Positions 47,296 through 56,251 of a DNA stretch of 64,000 nt are shown here, piece after piece. The stretch spans positions 3,360,001 to 3,424,000 of the forward strand of contig CBDCOH010000002.1 of assembly GCA_965219685.1 (NCBI GenBank). Reading direction: 5' to 3'. The notes under the pieces were generated by a model. That model was not told the origin of the DNA. It saw nothing but the letters and a program-made list of their open reading frames with translations, and ran no database searches. Source of the stretch: Candidatus Spongiisociaceae bacterium (GTDB taxonomy: Bacteria; Actinomycetota; Acidimicrobiia; Spongiisociales; Spongiisociaceae). How positions within the stretch are numbered: position 1 is the first letter of the stretch; each line of letters opens with the position of its first letter. Position numbers and translations under genes: made by a program.

Positions 47296-48876
47296 TCATG
47301 ACAGGGGCACGCTCTGGCCCGCCCTGACGAAGGCGTCGTCGGCGAACCAGATGCCGACTAGAGCCGCGAGGCCTCCCAGTTCGGCCACCCACAGAGGAAC
47401 GCCGGAGCCTGCGAGGAAGACCGCGCCGAGCACCAGGGGTATCGCCACCCCGACCACTTGGCCTCCTAGCCACCACTCTCTCGCGTGGGCGCCCCTGGTC
47501 AGATGGTGCATGGCCGCGGCATGGTTGCGGGTCGGGTGCCGAGTGACAAGCTCGACCGCCCCGATCAGCGCCAGCGCCGCCGTGCCGCCCACGAGTGCCC
47601 ACGCGAACGTGCGCTGGGCGGCGGGCTCCAGATCGAAGGCCGCGGCAGCCAGGAGCCCGACCGCACCTCCCACCGCGAAGGCACCCGCCAGCATGTGCCA
47701 CAGGAGCGTCTGGCTCTGCCAGAGGTCCCGACCTTCGGCCTGGCCGAACAGGAATGCGGTGTACCCGGCCACGCCCAAGCCGCCCGCCGCCGCCGCCCAG
47801 ATGAACACCGTCACGGAACCGGCGGCGGCAATGCCGAACAAGAACCACAGGCCGAGGATCACCGCCTGGGCGGCCAGGATCCAGGCGCCCCTGACCAGCC
47901 AAGACCCCGTGTTGCCCCTCGTCAAGAGGTAGTGGAACCGGTCGGGTCGCTTGAGATCCCAGACCAGCAGCACGCCGGTGAGGGCCAGGAAGATCCCGGC
48001 GATCAACGGTGCTCCCCACCGAGCGAACGGGTTGTCCACACCGGCGCCTGACAGCAGCGAGAGAGCCAGGACCATGACGATGCCCGCCGAGATGCCCTTG
48101 GTGAGGAAGTAGCTCGACACCCGCCATCCCCAAGGCATCGGATGGTCGGTGTTGTAGACAACGCGGGGAGGGGCGTCCTTCCGGTGTCCGTGGGAGGATG
48201 CCCGGTCCTTCTTCCGCCCGTTGCCACGGGTGCCGTCCGGAGGCGTCAGGTCGACGGTCATGAACGACGGCGCAGGGTCGCGCCAGATACCCCCGTCGCC
48301 CGGGTCGACGGCGCCCAACGGGTCGATTCCGGCCTCCTCAACCCCCCGGTACCACAGGTTGGGTGCGGTGTTCTGCTCGGGGGACCGCTGGAGCAGGCGT
48401 TCGGCGTGGACTAGCTGGGAGATAGGGGTGGTCGGGTCGTCGAGGTCGCCCGAGATGATCGCTCCTTCGGGACACACCACCACACAGGCCGGCTCGAGTC
48501 CCACCTCGACCCGGTGCACGCAGTAGTTGCACTTCTGGGCCGTGTGATCGTGTGGATCGATGTACAAGGCGTCGTAGGGACATGCCTGCATGCAGCTCTT
48601 GCACCCGATACAGAGACTGGTGTCGAAATCGACTATCCCGTCCTCTCGCCGGAAGAGCGCGTTGGTGGGGCAGATCGACACGCAGGGGGCGTCCGTGCAG
48701 TGGTTGCACCGCATGACCGAGAAGGACCGCTTCGTGTCGGGCCAGGTTCCCGTCTCGATGTACTTGACCCAGGTGCGGTCAACCCCCAGAGGGACGTCGT
48801 GCTCGGTCTTGCACGCCACCGTGCACGCGTGGCAGCCGATACACGCCGTCTGGTCGATGACGAAACCGAATTGCAA
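47296..48876 (-). CDS. 4Fe-4S dicluster (NrfC/DmsB-like) fused to an NrfD/PsrC membrane anchor
   Basis: CIGCHAC, CNHC..APCVSICP, CIGCKSCMQACPY, KCNYC; then PWGW, DLKRPDRF, SWL..G and multiple TMs. Confidence 0.92.
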   Translation of the reverse strand: MQFGFVIDQTACIGCHACTVACKTEHDVPLGVDRTWVKYIETGTWPDTKRSFSVMRCNHCTDAPCVSICPTNALFRREDGIVDFDTSLCIGCKSCMQACPYDALYIDPHDHTAQKCNYCVHRVEVGLEPACVVVCPEGAIISGDLDDPTTPISQLVHAERLLQRSPEQNTAPNLWYRGVEEAGIDPLGAVDPGDGGIWRDPAPSFMTVDLTPPDGTRGNGRKKDRASSHGHRKDAPPRVVYNTDHPMPWGWRVSSYFLTKGISAGIVMVLALSLLSGAGVDNPFARWGAPLIAGIFLALTGVLLVWDLKRPDRFHYLLTRGNTGSWLVRGAWILAAQAVILGLWFLFGIAAAGSVTVFIWAAAAGGLGVAGYTAFLFGQAEGRDLWQSQTLLWHMLAGAFAVGGAVGLLAAAAFDLEPAAQRTFAWALVGGTAALALIGAVELVTRHPTRNHAAAMHHLTRGAHAREWWLGGQVVGVAIPLVLGAVFLAGSGVPLWVAELGGLAALVGIWFADDAFVRAGQSVPLS

Positions 48877-49053
48877 GCTGTGCCCTCCGTGACGGACCCG
48901 CCGGTGTCTCCGGCGATCTCACGCTGGGTTGAACAATAACGCCAACCCACGCACAGGCGGCGATCTTGGATGAGCCGCGCCTTCTCATCCAGTAGCAACG
49001 CCCTGGCCCGCCGATGACTCGCACGGACCAAGGTGTGCGGTGGAATGGACCGA

Positions 49054-49374
49054 CTAGAGATCGAGTTGGACCCGGATTGCCCTATCCACATCTGCCAGGT
49101 CGGCATCCGAGAGGCGGCCCATCATCCTGTGCAGCCGAGCCTTGGACGCGGTGGTGATCTGGTCGGCCTTCGCCTTGTGTCGCTTACCCGTCACGTCGAC
49201 GTAGGCCTCGCTCGGATAGAGGCGGGACACGTTGGAGGTGATCGGGACCACCTGGACACGGTTCAACGCCCGATTCGCTGCGTCGTTGCTGACCACGACG
49301 GCCGGTCGCGTCTTGCGGACCTCTCCTCCGGGAGCAGGATCGAACGTCACCCACCAGACGTCACCGCGGTTCAT
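49054..49374 (-). CDS. mazF: PemK/MazF family toxin
   Basis: [37 protein letters not shown]. Confidence 0.93.
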   Translation of the reverse strand: MNRGDVWWVTFDPAPGGEVRKTRPAVVVSNDAANRALNRVQVVPITSNVSRLYPSEAYVDVTGKRHKAKADQITTASKARLHRMMGRLSDADLADVDRAIRVQLDL

Positions 49375-49588
49375 CGGCGGCATCGCCTATCAGTCCTTCG
49401 GACCATGCCAAAGCCGCAGACTCCCGGGCCTCGTCGGCTGCCATCTCGCGGTATGCAGCCTCTAGATCGGCGTCGACCACGTGCGGGCGTGCCAGACCTT
49501 CGAGAAACCTGCTGATCTTTCTGGGGCCGACCCGCCGATAAAGGCCCGCGTAGACCTCGTCGTCGATGGTGATCGTCAGCTTCTTCAT
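49361..49588 (-). CDS. Cognate antitoxin (RHH/CopG-like)
   Basis: [12 protein letters not shown]..., [19 protein letters not shown]; overlaps the toxin start; TACACGT repeats upstream (49588-49610). Confidence 0.85.
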   Translation of the reverse strand: MKKLTITIDDEVYAGLYRRVGPRKISRFLEGLARPHVVDADLEAAYREMAADEARESAALAWSEGLIGDAADEPR

Positions 49589-49735
49589 ACACGTATACTA
49601 CACGTGTAACCGCCCCGGACAGCCGAACTCAAGACCCATTAACCAGCCGAAGGAGAGCGACCCTCCTCCGCTCTTGTAGGTGTGCCAGGCGATTACGGTC
49701 ACTCCTCCGCTCCTTCGACATGAACGGTTGGCGCC

Positions 49736-51448
49736 CTACCCGCTGCTGTACTTGGCGTACTTCTCCAGGAGCCGGACCGGTTTCTGGAGCGCGTCGCGGC
49801 GGAACGGCTCACCGAGTTCCTGGCTCACCTGGATCTCGAGGACGGTGGGCCGCTCGGACTCGACCGCGGCTCGCAGAGCGTCTCCGACCTCTCCCGGCTT
49901 CTCCACCATGACACCCTCGGCGCCCATGGCGCGGCCGATGGCCGCGAAACTGGGATTCTCCAGCATGGTCGCCACGTAGCGGTCGTCGTAGAAGTCGATC
50001 TGGTTGCGCTTCTCGGCGCCCCACTGGCGGTTGTTGAACACGCATGCCACCACCGGGATGTTCTCCCGGACGCAGGTCAGCACCTCGGCCAGGCTCATCC
50101 CCCAGGCCCCGTCCCCGACGTACGCGATGGCGGGCCGCTCCGGCGCGGCGACCTTGGCGCCCATCGCGGTGGGGAACGCGTAGCCGCAGTTCCCGAACAT
50201 CATCGCCGCGAACATGCTGTTGGGCCGGTCGAAGCTCAGGTACGAGTTGGCCACCGAGCAGATGTTGCCGATGTCGGTGGTGACCATGGCATTCGCCGGC
50301 ATGGCCAGCTCCAGTTCCCTCAGCGCGGTACGGGGCGCCATCGGCACGTCCCGAGAGGAGGAGATGGAATCGAGTTCCCGGGACCAGGCCTCCTTCTCCG
50401 CCCGGACCCGGGCCAAACGTTCGGCCCGGTTGGCCTCGGCGCTGCGCTCAACGCCTGCCAGCCTCCTCGCCAACTCGGCCGCCACAGCACCAGCATCCCC
50501 GTGGATGGCCACATCGGCCGGCTTGACCAGCCCTAGCGTCCGGTGGTCGGAGTCGACCTGGATGAGTCGGGCGTCCTCCGGCCAGTACTCGATGCCGTAC
50601 TGGGGCAGCGTGCCGAACGGCCCCAACCGAGTACCCAGGGCCAGGATCACGTCCGCCTGCGAAACGATCCTCATCGCTGCCTTGGAACCCTGGTAACCGA
50701 TCGGTCCACATGCCAGTTCATGGCTGGCCGGGAACGCATCGTTATGGAGGTAGGAACATATGACGGGGGCTCCCAGCAACTCGGCCAACGCCACTGCGGC
50801 GGCCTGCCCTCCGCCCATCACCACGCCCCCTCCCGCCATCACCACCGGGAAGCGGGCCTCGGCCAGGAGCCGCGAAGCAGCAGTCAGACCTTCCGGGCCA
50901 CCGGACGAACGCTCGATCACCAGAGGATCCCTGATGTCGAAGTCGGCCTCGCCGTAGAAGAAGTCACGCGGGATGTTGATCTGCACCGGGCCCCGCTCCG
51001 CCATCGCCAGGGTGAAAGCCCGATGGGTTAGCTCCGCGATCCGTTCGAAGCGCTTGACCTCGACCTGGTACTTGGTGATCTTCGAGAAGATCGGCATCTG
51101 ATCGGTCTCTTGGAAGCCGCCCAGGCCCTCCCCCATCGAACCGGCCTGCGGGGTGACCGCGACAACGGGCGAGTGGGCCCAGAAGGCCGCGGCGATGGCC
51201 GTGACGAAGTTGGTGATACCCGGACCGTTCTGGCCGATGCAGACGCCATGCCGGTTGGACACCCGGCTGTAGCCGTCGGCCATGTGGGCGGCGTTCTGCT
51301 CGTGGGCAACCGGCCAGAACCGGATACCGGCGGGCTCGAAGATGTCGAGGGCCTCCATGAAGGCCGACCCGACGATCCCGAATACATCTGTGACCCCCTG
51401 GGCGGCGAGGGTCTCGACAAAGGCCTCGCTAGCGGTCATCCGCACCAT
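49736..51448 (-). CDS. xsc: Sulfoacetaldehyde acetyltransferase (ThDP)
   Basis: MTASEAFVETL, FGIVGSAFM, QNGPGITNF, GYQGSKA, TDIGN, FGNCGY, QWGAEKRNQ, ELGEPFRRDAL; GGAGGAGG RBS. Confidence 0.9.
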   Translation of the reverse strand: MVRMTASEAFVETLAAQGVTDVFGIVGSAFMEALDIFEPAGIRFWPVAHEQNAAHMADGYSRVSNRHGVCIGQNGPGITNFVTAIAAAFWAHSPVVAVTPQAGSMGEGLGGFQETDQMPIFSKITKYQVEVKRFERIAELTHRAFTLAMAERGPVQINIPRDFFYGEADFDIRDPLVIERSSGGPEGLTAASRLLAEARFPVVMAGGGVVMGGGQAAAVALAELLGAPVICSYLHNDAFPASHELACGPIGYQGSKAAMRIVSQADVILALGTRLGPFGTLPQYGIEYWPEDARLIQVDSDHRTLGLVKPADVAIHGDAGAVAAELARRLAGVERSAEANRAERLARVRAEKEAWSRELDSISSSRDVPMAPRTALRELELAMPANAMVTTDIGNICSVANSYLSFDRPNSMFAAMMFGNCGYAFPTAMGAKVAAPERPAIAYVGDGAWGMSLAEVLTCVRENIPVVACVFNNRQWGAEKRNQIDFYDDRYVATMLENPSFAAIGRAMGAEGVMVEKPGEVGDALRAAVESERPTVLEIQVSQELGEPFRRDALQKPVRLLEKYAKYSSG

Positions 51449-51614
51449 CATCATCCTCCTCCGTAGGCAAGCGAGAGGCACCGTGCTTCGTTGGTCACCC
51501 GGCTTGAAGTCGCCGGGCTGGATTGCCCACCCCGGCCCCCTGAAGGGTAACCAGCCGTATAGTGCTGAGCACACTATCCGGGTCGAGGTCCGCTACCGGA
51601 GGCAGAGAAGGCAA

Positions 51615-52052
51615 ATGGATGCCGTAGAGGAACTGCAGGCCGTCGAGGAGATAAAGCGCCTCAAGGCTCGCTACTGCCGCTTTGTCGACCTGAACCGCCG
51701 CGACGATCTGCGGGACCTGTTCACCGAGGACATCGTCTACGAGTTCCAGGGATGGAGACAGGGGCAGGGGGCCGACTCGTTCGCAGGCTCCGCCGAGGAC
51801 TTCGCCGACCGTCTCTCCTTCCACCGGGTATCGATGCCTGACATCGAGATCCTCTCCGAAACGACCGCCCGCGGCGTCTGGGCGATGGTGGACATCATCG
51901 AGTACCCGCCGACTTCGGGGAAGCAAGGCTCCCGGGGATTCGGCTGGTATCACGAGGAGTACCGCAAGGTGGACGGTATGTGGAAGATCTCGTCCCTGCT
52001 GCTGGTCCGCCACCGAAGCGAGGAACTGGGCGCCCGCAACACCCGGGCATGA
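51615..52052 (+). CDS. SnoaL-like/NTF2 family protein
   Basis: EEIKRLKARYCRFVD, LFTED, ARGVWAM.D, GWYHEEYRKVDGMWKI. Confidence 0.88.
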   Translation: MDAVEELQAVEEIKRLKARYCRFVDLNRRDDLRDLFTEDIVYEFQGWRQGQGADSFAGSAEDFADRLSFHRVSMPDIEILSETTARGVWAMVDIIEYPPTSGKQGSRGFGWYHEEYRKVDGMWKISSLLLVRHRSEELGARNTRA

Positions 52053-52059
52053 GATCACC

Positions 52060-53481
52060 ATGGGCGTGAAGTCGATCGTCGGCGGGACCGTGGTGACCAT
52101 GGACCCGGACCGCAGAATCGTCGAGAACGGCGTGGTCGTGATCGAGGACCAGCACATCGCCGCGGTCGGCCCGGCCTCCCGTGTCCTCCCCCCGCGGGGC
52201 GCCGACGTCATCGACGCGGCCGGGATGGTGGTGCTGCCCGGCCTGATCAACGGCCACACCCACGTCCCGCAGATCCTGCTGCGCGGGTACTCGTCCAACC
52301 AGCACCGCGATGTCTGGGACTGGCTGACCAATGTGGTGCATCCCGGGCTGGCCGTGTACGAAGCGAGCGACATCCGGACCGCGGCCCGCCTCTACAGCGT
52401 CGAAGCGATCCGCTCGGGCATGACATGCTTCGTAGACAATGAGGACGCCTGGCCGGACCGCACCCAGGAGGCAATCGGGCACGTGATCGACACCTACCAA
52501 GAGACCGGGATGCGGGCGATGGTGGCCCGGATGATGTTCGACGAGAAGCCCGATCAACTCCGAGATCTCATCCGATCCCTCCGGGCGCAGGAACCGCAGG
52601 TCGCCCACGTCGACCTCTGGCGTGGCACCGAGCAACTGCTGGGGGATGTCGAGCGCCTTATCAGGACGTACGACGGCGTCGCGGGAGGAAGGATCCGGGT
52701 CTGGCCGTCGCCGGTGGGGGTGATCTGCTCGGATCGAATGTTCGAGAGCAGTCGCCGCTTGGCCAGGGACAACGGGACGATGTGGACCATCCACCTGGTG
52801 CAAGGCCCGGCCGGTGCCGAGAATCCGGGACCCAGCAGCACCGAGGCACTGGACCTCCGTGGTCATCTCGACCCCCGCCTGCTCGCCAGCCATTGCGTGG
52901 GCCTGAGCCGAACGGACATCCGTATCCTCAAGGCGACCGGCGTGAAGGGCTGCACCCAGGTGGTCTCCAACTGCTTCCTGGGTATGGGCATGGCGCCTGT
53001 CCCCCGACTATTGGAGGCCGGCCTGCCACTGGCGGTCGGTACCGACGACGTCAACTGCAACGGGACGGTCAACCTGCTCTCCGACATGAAGATCCTGGCC
53101 CTGGTGCATCGCGCCCTGGCCAACGATCCGTCGACCCTCCCGGCCGACCAGGTTCTGGAGATGGCTACGATCAACGGTGCCCGGGCGGTGGGGATGGAGA
53201 GCGAGATCGGGTCGATCGAAGCCGGAAAGCGGGCCGACATAATTCTCATCGACCTCGGACACGCCCAGATGACCCCCACGCACCATCTACCCTCGGCGGT
53301 GGTCTTCCAGACCTACGGCAACGAGGTGGACACCGTGCTCATCGACGGCAATATCGTGATGAGAAACCGGCGGCTGACCTGGCTCACGGCCGCCGAGGAA
53401 CGCGCCCTCTACCGGGAGGCGGCCGAGCGATCCACCGGGATAAGCCTCCGAGCCGGTATCCGTGCCTCTAATGGTAAATGA
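52060..53481 (+). CDS. AtzA/TriA-like amidohydrolase (triazine chlorohydrolase/deaminase clade)
   Basis: HTHVPQILLRG, ARMMFD, GGRIRVWP, MWTIH, QVVSN, GTDDVNCN, FQTYGNEVDTVLIDGN; colinear with the recalled AtzA sequence over about 470 aa. Confidence 0.8.
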   Translation: MGVKSIVGGTVVTMDPDRRIVENGVVVIEDQHIAAVGPASRVLPPRGADVIDAAGMVVLPGLINGHTHVPQILLRGYSSNQHRDVWDWLTNVVHPGLAVYEASDIRTAARLYSVEAIRSGMTCFVDNEDAWPDRTQEAIGHVIDTYQETGMRAMVARMMFDEKPDQLRDLIRSLRAQEPQVAHVDLWRGTEQLLGDVERLIRTYDGVAGGRIRVWPSPVGVICSDRMFESSRRLARDNGTMWTIHLVQGPAGAENPGPSSTEALDLRGHLDPRLLASHCVGLSRTDIRILKATGVKGCTQVVSNCFLGMGMAPVPRLLEAGLPLAVGTDDVNCNGTVNLLSDMKILALVHRALANDPSTLPADQVLEMATINGARAVGMESEIGSIEAGKRADIILIDLGHAQMTPTHHLPSAVVFQTYGNEVDTVLIDGNIVMRNRRLTWLTAAEERALYREAAERSTGISLRAGIRASNGK

Positions 53482-53573
53482 TCCGAGTTGCCGTTAACCA
53501 CCGCTCACCAACTAGAACCTATAGACTACCGGCTAGGAACTAGTCTAGTCGCCTACTGTTCAGGAGAAGCACA

Positions 53574-55205
53574 GTGAACGTCGCAGACGCCATCGCCGAG
53601 ATCCTGAAGCGGGAAGGCGTCGAGTTCCTCGTCAGCTATCCCGTCAACCCGATCATCGAAGCCTGCGCCGAAGCGGACATCCGCACCATCGTCGTGCGCC
53701 AGGAACGGACCGGCCTGCATATGGCGGATGCCTACAGCAGGGTCAACTCGGGGGACCGCATCGGCGTGTTCGCCATGCAGCACGGACCGGGGGCCGAGAA
53801 CGCCTTCGGCGGCGTCGCCCAGGCCTACGGCGAGTCCGTCCCGATCCTCGTTCTCCCGGCCGGCTATCCACGCCGGGAAGCCCAGGTGGCTCCCAACTTC
53901 AACTCCGCCCTCAACTACCGCCACGTGACCAAGTGGACCGAACACGTGCCGGTTCCGGAGGCGCTCACCGAGGTCATGCGCAGGGCGTTCGCCCGCCTCC
54001 GCAACGGGCGGCCCCGGCCGGTGATGGTCGAAGTCCCCTTGGACCTGTTCGGTGAAGAACTCGCCATGCCACTCGGATACACGCCGAGCTTCTCCACACG
54101 GGTCGGCCCGGACCCGGCCGATGTATCCGCCGCGGCAGAGGTCCTGGCAGATGCGCGAAGCCCGGTGATCTACGCAGGACAGGGGGTTCACTACGCCAAG
54201 GCCTGGCCGGAGTTGCGGCAACTGGCGGAGTTGTTGAATGCCCCCGTCACCACCAGCCTGGGCGGCAAGAGCGCATTCGACGAGGCACACCCCCTGGCGC
54301 TCGGCTCGGCGGGACGGTCCACGACCCTCGCCGTCCACAGGTTCCTGGACGAGGCCGACGTGATCCTCGGGATAGGGTGCAGTTTCACCAGCACGACGTT
54401 CGGCCTGCCGATGCCTGCGGGCAAGACGTTCATCCACGCCACCCTCGACCCCGACGACCTGAACAAGGACCTGGAGATCCACCATCCTGTCGTCGGCGAC
54501 GCGCAACTCGTACTGCAGGCGCTGCTGGACGAACTCGAGTACCGCGCCCTGCCCCACACAGAGACACGACGGGGAGTCCCCGGCCGGATCCGCCACTTCA
54601 ACCAAGGCTGGATCGCCGACTGGCTGCCGAGGCTGGCATCCGACGAGCAGCCGCTCTCTCCCTACCGGGTCATCTGGGACCTGCTCCACACCGTCGACCC
54701 CGGTGAGACCATCGTCACCCACGATGCAGGGAGTCCCCGCGACCAGATGTCTCCCTTCTGGGTGGGCCGGGAACCCCTCAGCTACCTGGGGTGGGGGAAG
54801 ACGACGCAACTCGGGTACGGGCTGGGCCTGGCAATGGGGGCGAAGCTGGCCCGGCCCGAGAAGCTCTGTGTCAACGTGTGGGGTGACGCGGCGATCGGCT
54901 TCACGGGGATGGACTTCGAGACTGCGGTGAGGGAACGCATCCCGATCCTGTCCGTCCTCCTCAACAACTCCTCGATGGCGATCGAGATCCCCATCATGCA
55001 GGTCGCCCAGGAGAAGTACGGCAGCACCGACATCTCCGGAAACTACGCAGACATGGCGAGGGCCTTCGGAGGCTACGGGGAGCGGGTCACCGAACCCTCG
55101 GAGATTATCCCGGCCATCCGGCGCGGCATCGACCAGACCCGTGAGGGCACACCGGCACTGCTGGAGTTCATAACCGCCAAGGAGTACACCTATCCGGTCT
55201 TCTGA
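53574..55205 (+). CDS. ThDP-dependent enzyme (acetolactate synthase-like)
   Basis: RQERTGLHMADAY, QHGPG, PVIYAGQG, WGDAA...LNN ThDP motif. Confidence 0.9.
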   Translation: MNVADAIAEILKREGVEFLVSYPVNPIIEACAEADIRTIVVRQERTGLHMADAYSRVNSGDRIGVFAMQHGPGAENAFGGVAQAYGESVPILVLPAGYPRREAQVAPNFNSALNYRHVTKWTEHVPVPEALTEVMRRAFARLRNGRPRPVMVEVPLDLFGEELAMPLGYTPSFSTRVGPDPADVSAAAEVLADARSPVIYAGQGVHYAKAWPELRQLAELLNAPVTTSLGGKSAFDEAHPLALGSAGRSTTLAVHRFLDEADVILGIGCSFTSTTFGLPMPAGKTFIHATLDPDDLNKDLEIHHPVVGDAQLVLQALLDELEYRALPHTETRRGVPGRIRHFNQGWIADWLPRLASDEQPLSPYRVIWDLLHTVDPGETIVTHDAGSPRDQMSPFWVGREPLSYLGWGKTTQLGYGLGLAMGAKLARPEKLCVNVWGDAAIGFTGMDFETAVRERIPILSVLLNNSSMAIEIPIMQVAQEKYGSTDISGNYADMARAFGGYGERVTEPSEIIPAIRRGIDQTREGTPALLEFITAKEYTYPVF

Positions 55206-55248
55206 AAGCCGATCGGGCTCCCCTCCTGCTTGCGGGGACGCCTGACCC

Positions 55249-56229
55249 GTGGTCGAGCGGCCCACGGTGTGCATCTTCCCGGACTTCGAGCCCGACCTCG
55301 TGGCGGCGATCGAAGAGAACTGCCGGGTCCGGTTCGTGGACATGGCATCCCCACGCGTCCACCAGCTCGCTGCCCTGCACGACGCCCAAGGTGTCCTGCT
55401 CAACCCGCTGACCCCGGCCGACCGGGAGTTCTTCGAGGCAGCGCAGCGGCTGCGGGTTCTGTCCACCGCCAGCGTCGGATACGACACGATCGACATCGGC
55501 GAGGCCACCCGGCGCGGCATCATGGTCTGCCACACCCCAGGCGTTCTCACCGCGGCGGTGGCCGATCTGACCATGGTGTTGATCATCTCCCTGGCGAGAC
55601 GGCTCTTCGACAACGAGCGGTACGTCCGATCGGGAGGATGGGCCAGGGCCGAGCCACCCCCGGACCTCGGCTCCGATGTCGACGGCAAGACACTCGGCGT
55701 GGTCGGCTTCGGTCGGATCGGCCAGGAGGTCACCCGCCGCATGCAGGGCCTCGGGATGCGCACGCTGTGGTATGACGCGATCGGCGACCCCCATCCGCAG
55801 GCACCGGCCAGCCGGTACCGCCCACTCCACGAGTTACTGGGCGAGTCGGACTTCGTCACCCTCCACGCCGACCTGAACGCGGCTTCCCGGCATCTCATCG
55901 GGGCCGAGGAACTGAAACTCATGAAGCCCACCGCCTACCTCATCAACACCGCCCGGGGCGGGCTGATCGACCAGAGCGCCCTGACCGAGACTTTGAGGTG
56001 CGGCACCCTCGCCGGCGCCGCTCTCGACGTCCTCGAGGTGGAGCCACCCGATCCAGACGATCCGCTCCTGGTCCTGCCCAACGTGGTGTGCCTTCCCCAC
56101 ATCGGGACCGCCACCACGGAAACCCGCCGCCGGATGCGTGAGATGGCAGTACGCAACCTGCTCGCAGGCCTCGCCGGCGAGACCCCGCCCGCCGTTGCGA
56201 ACCCGGGGTTGGTGAGTGGTGAGTGGTGA
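55249..56229 (+). CDS. D-isomer 2-hydroxyacid dehydrogenase (glyoxylate/hydroxypyruvate reductase-like)
   Basis: VGYDTID, GFGRIG, INTARG, LDV.EVEP, PHIG. Confidence 0.92.
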   Translation: MVERPTVCIFPDFEPDLVAAIEENCRVRFVDMASPRVHQLAALHDAQGVLLNPLTPADREFFEAAQRLRVLSTASVGYDTIDIGEATRRGIMVCHTPGVLTAAVADLTMVLIISLARRLFDNERYVRSGGWARAEPPPDLGSDVDGKTLGVVGFGRIGQEVTRRMQGLGMRTLWYDAIGDPHPQAPASRYRPLHELLGESDFVTLHADLNAASRHLIGAEELKLMKPTAYLINTARGGLIDQSALTETLRCGTLAGAALDVLEVEPPDPDDPLLVLPNVVCLPHIGTATTETRRRMREMAVRNLLAGLAGETPPAVANPGLVSGEW

Positions 56230-56251
56230 GTGGTGAATGGTGAATGGTGAA
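56210..56251 (+). repeat. Heptamer array (TGGTGAG)3(TGGTGAA)3
   Basis: Supplies VSGEW* to the dehydrogenase and the ATG of the next gene. Confidence 0.93.

Noticed and set aside
53553-55931. 792-aa antisense ORF, and similar ones at 44655-46640, 35849-37348 and 14731-15969
   Set aside because: Antisense shadows of well-supported genes in high-GC DNA; no recognisable motifs.
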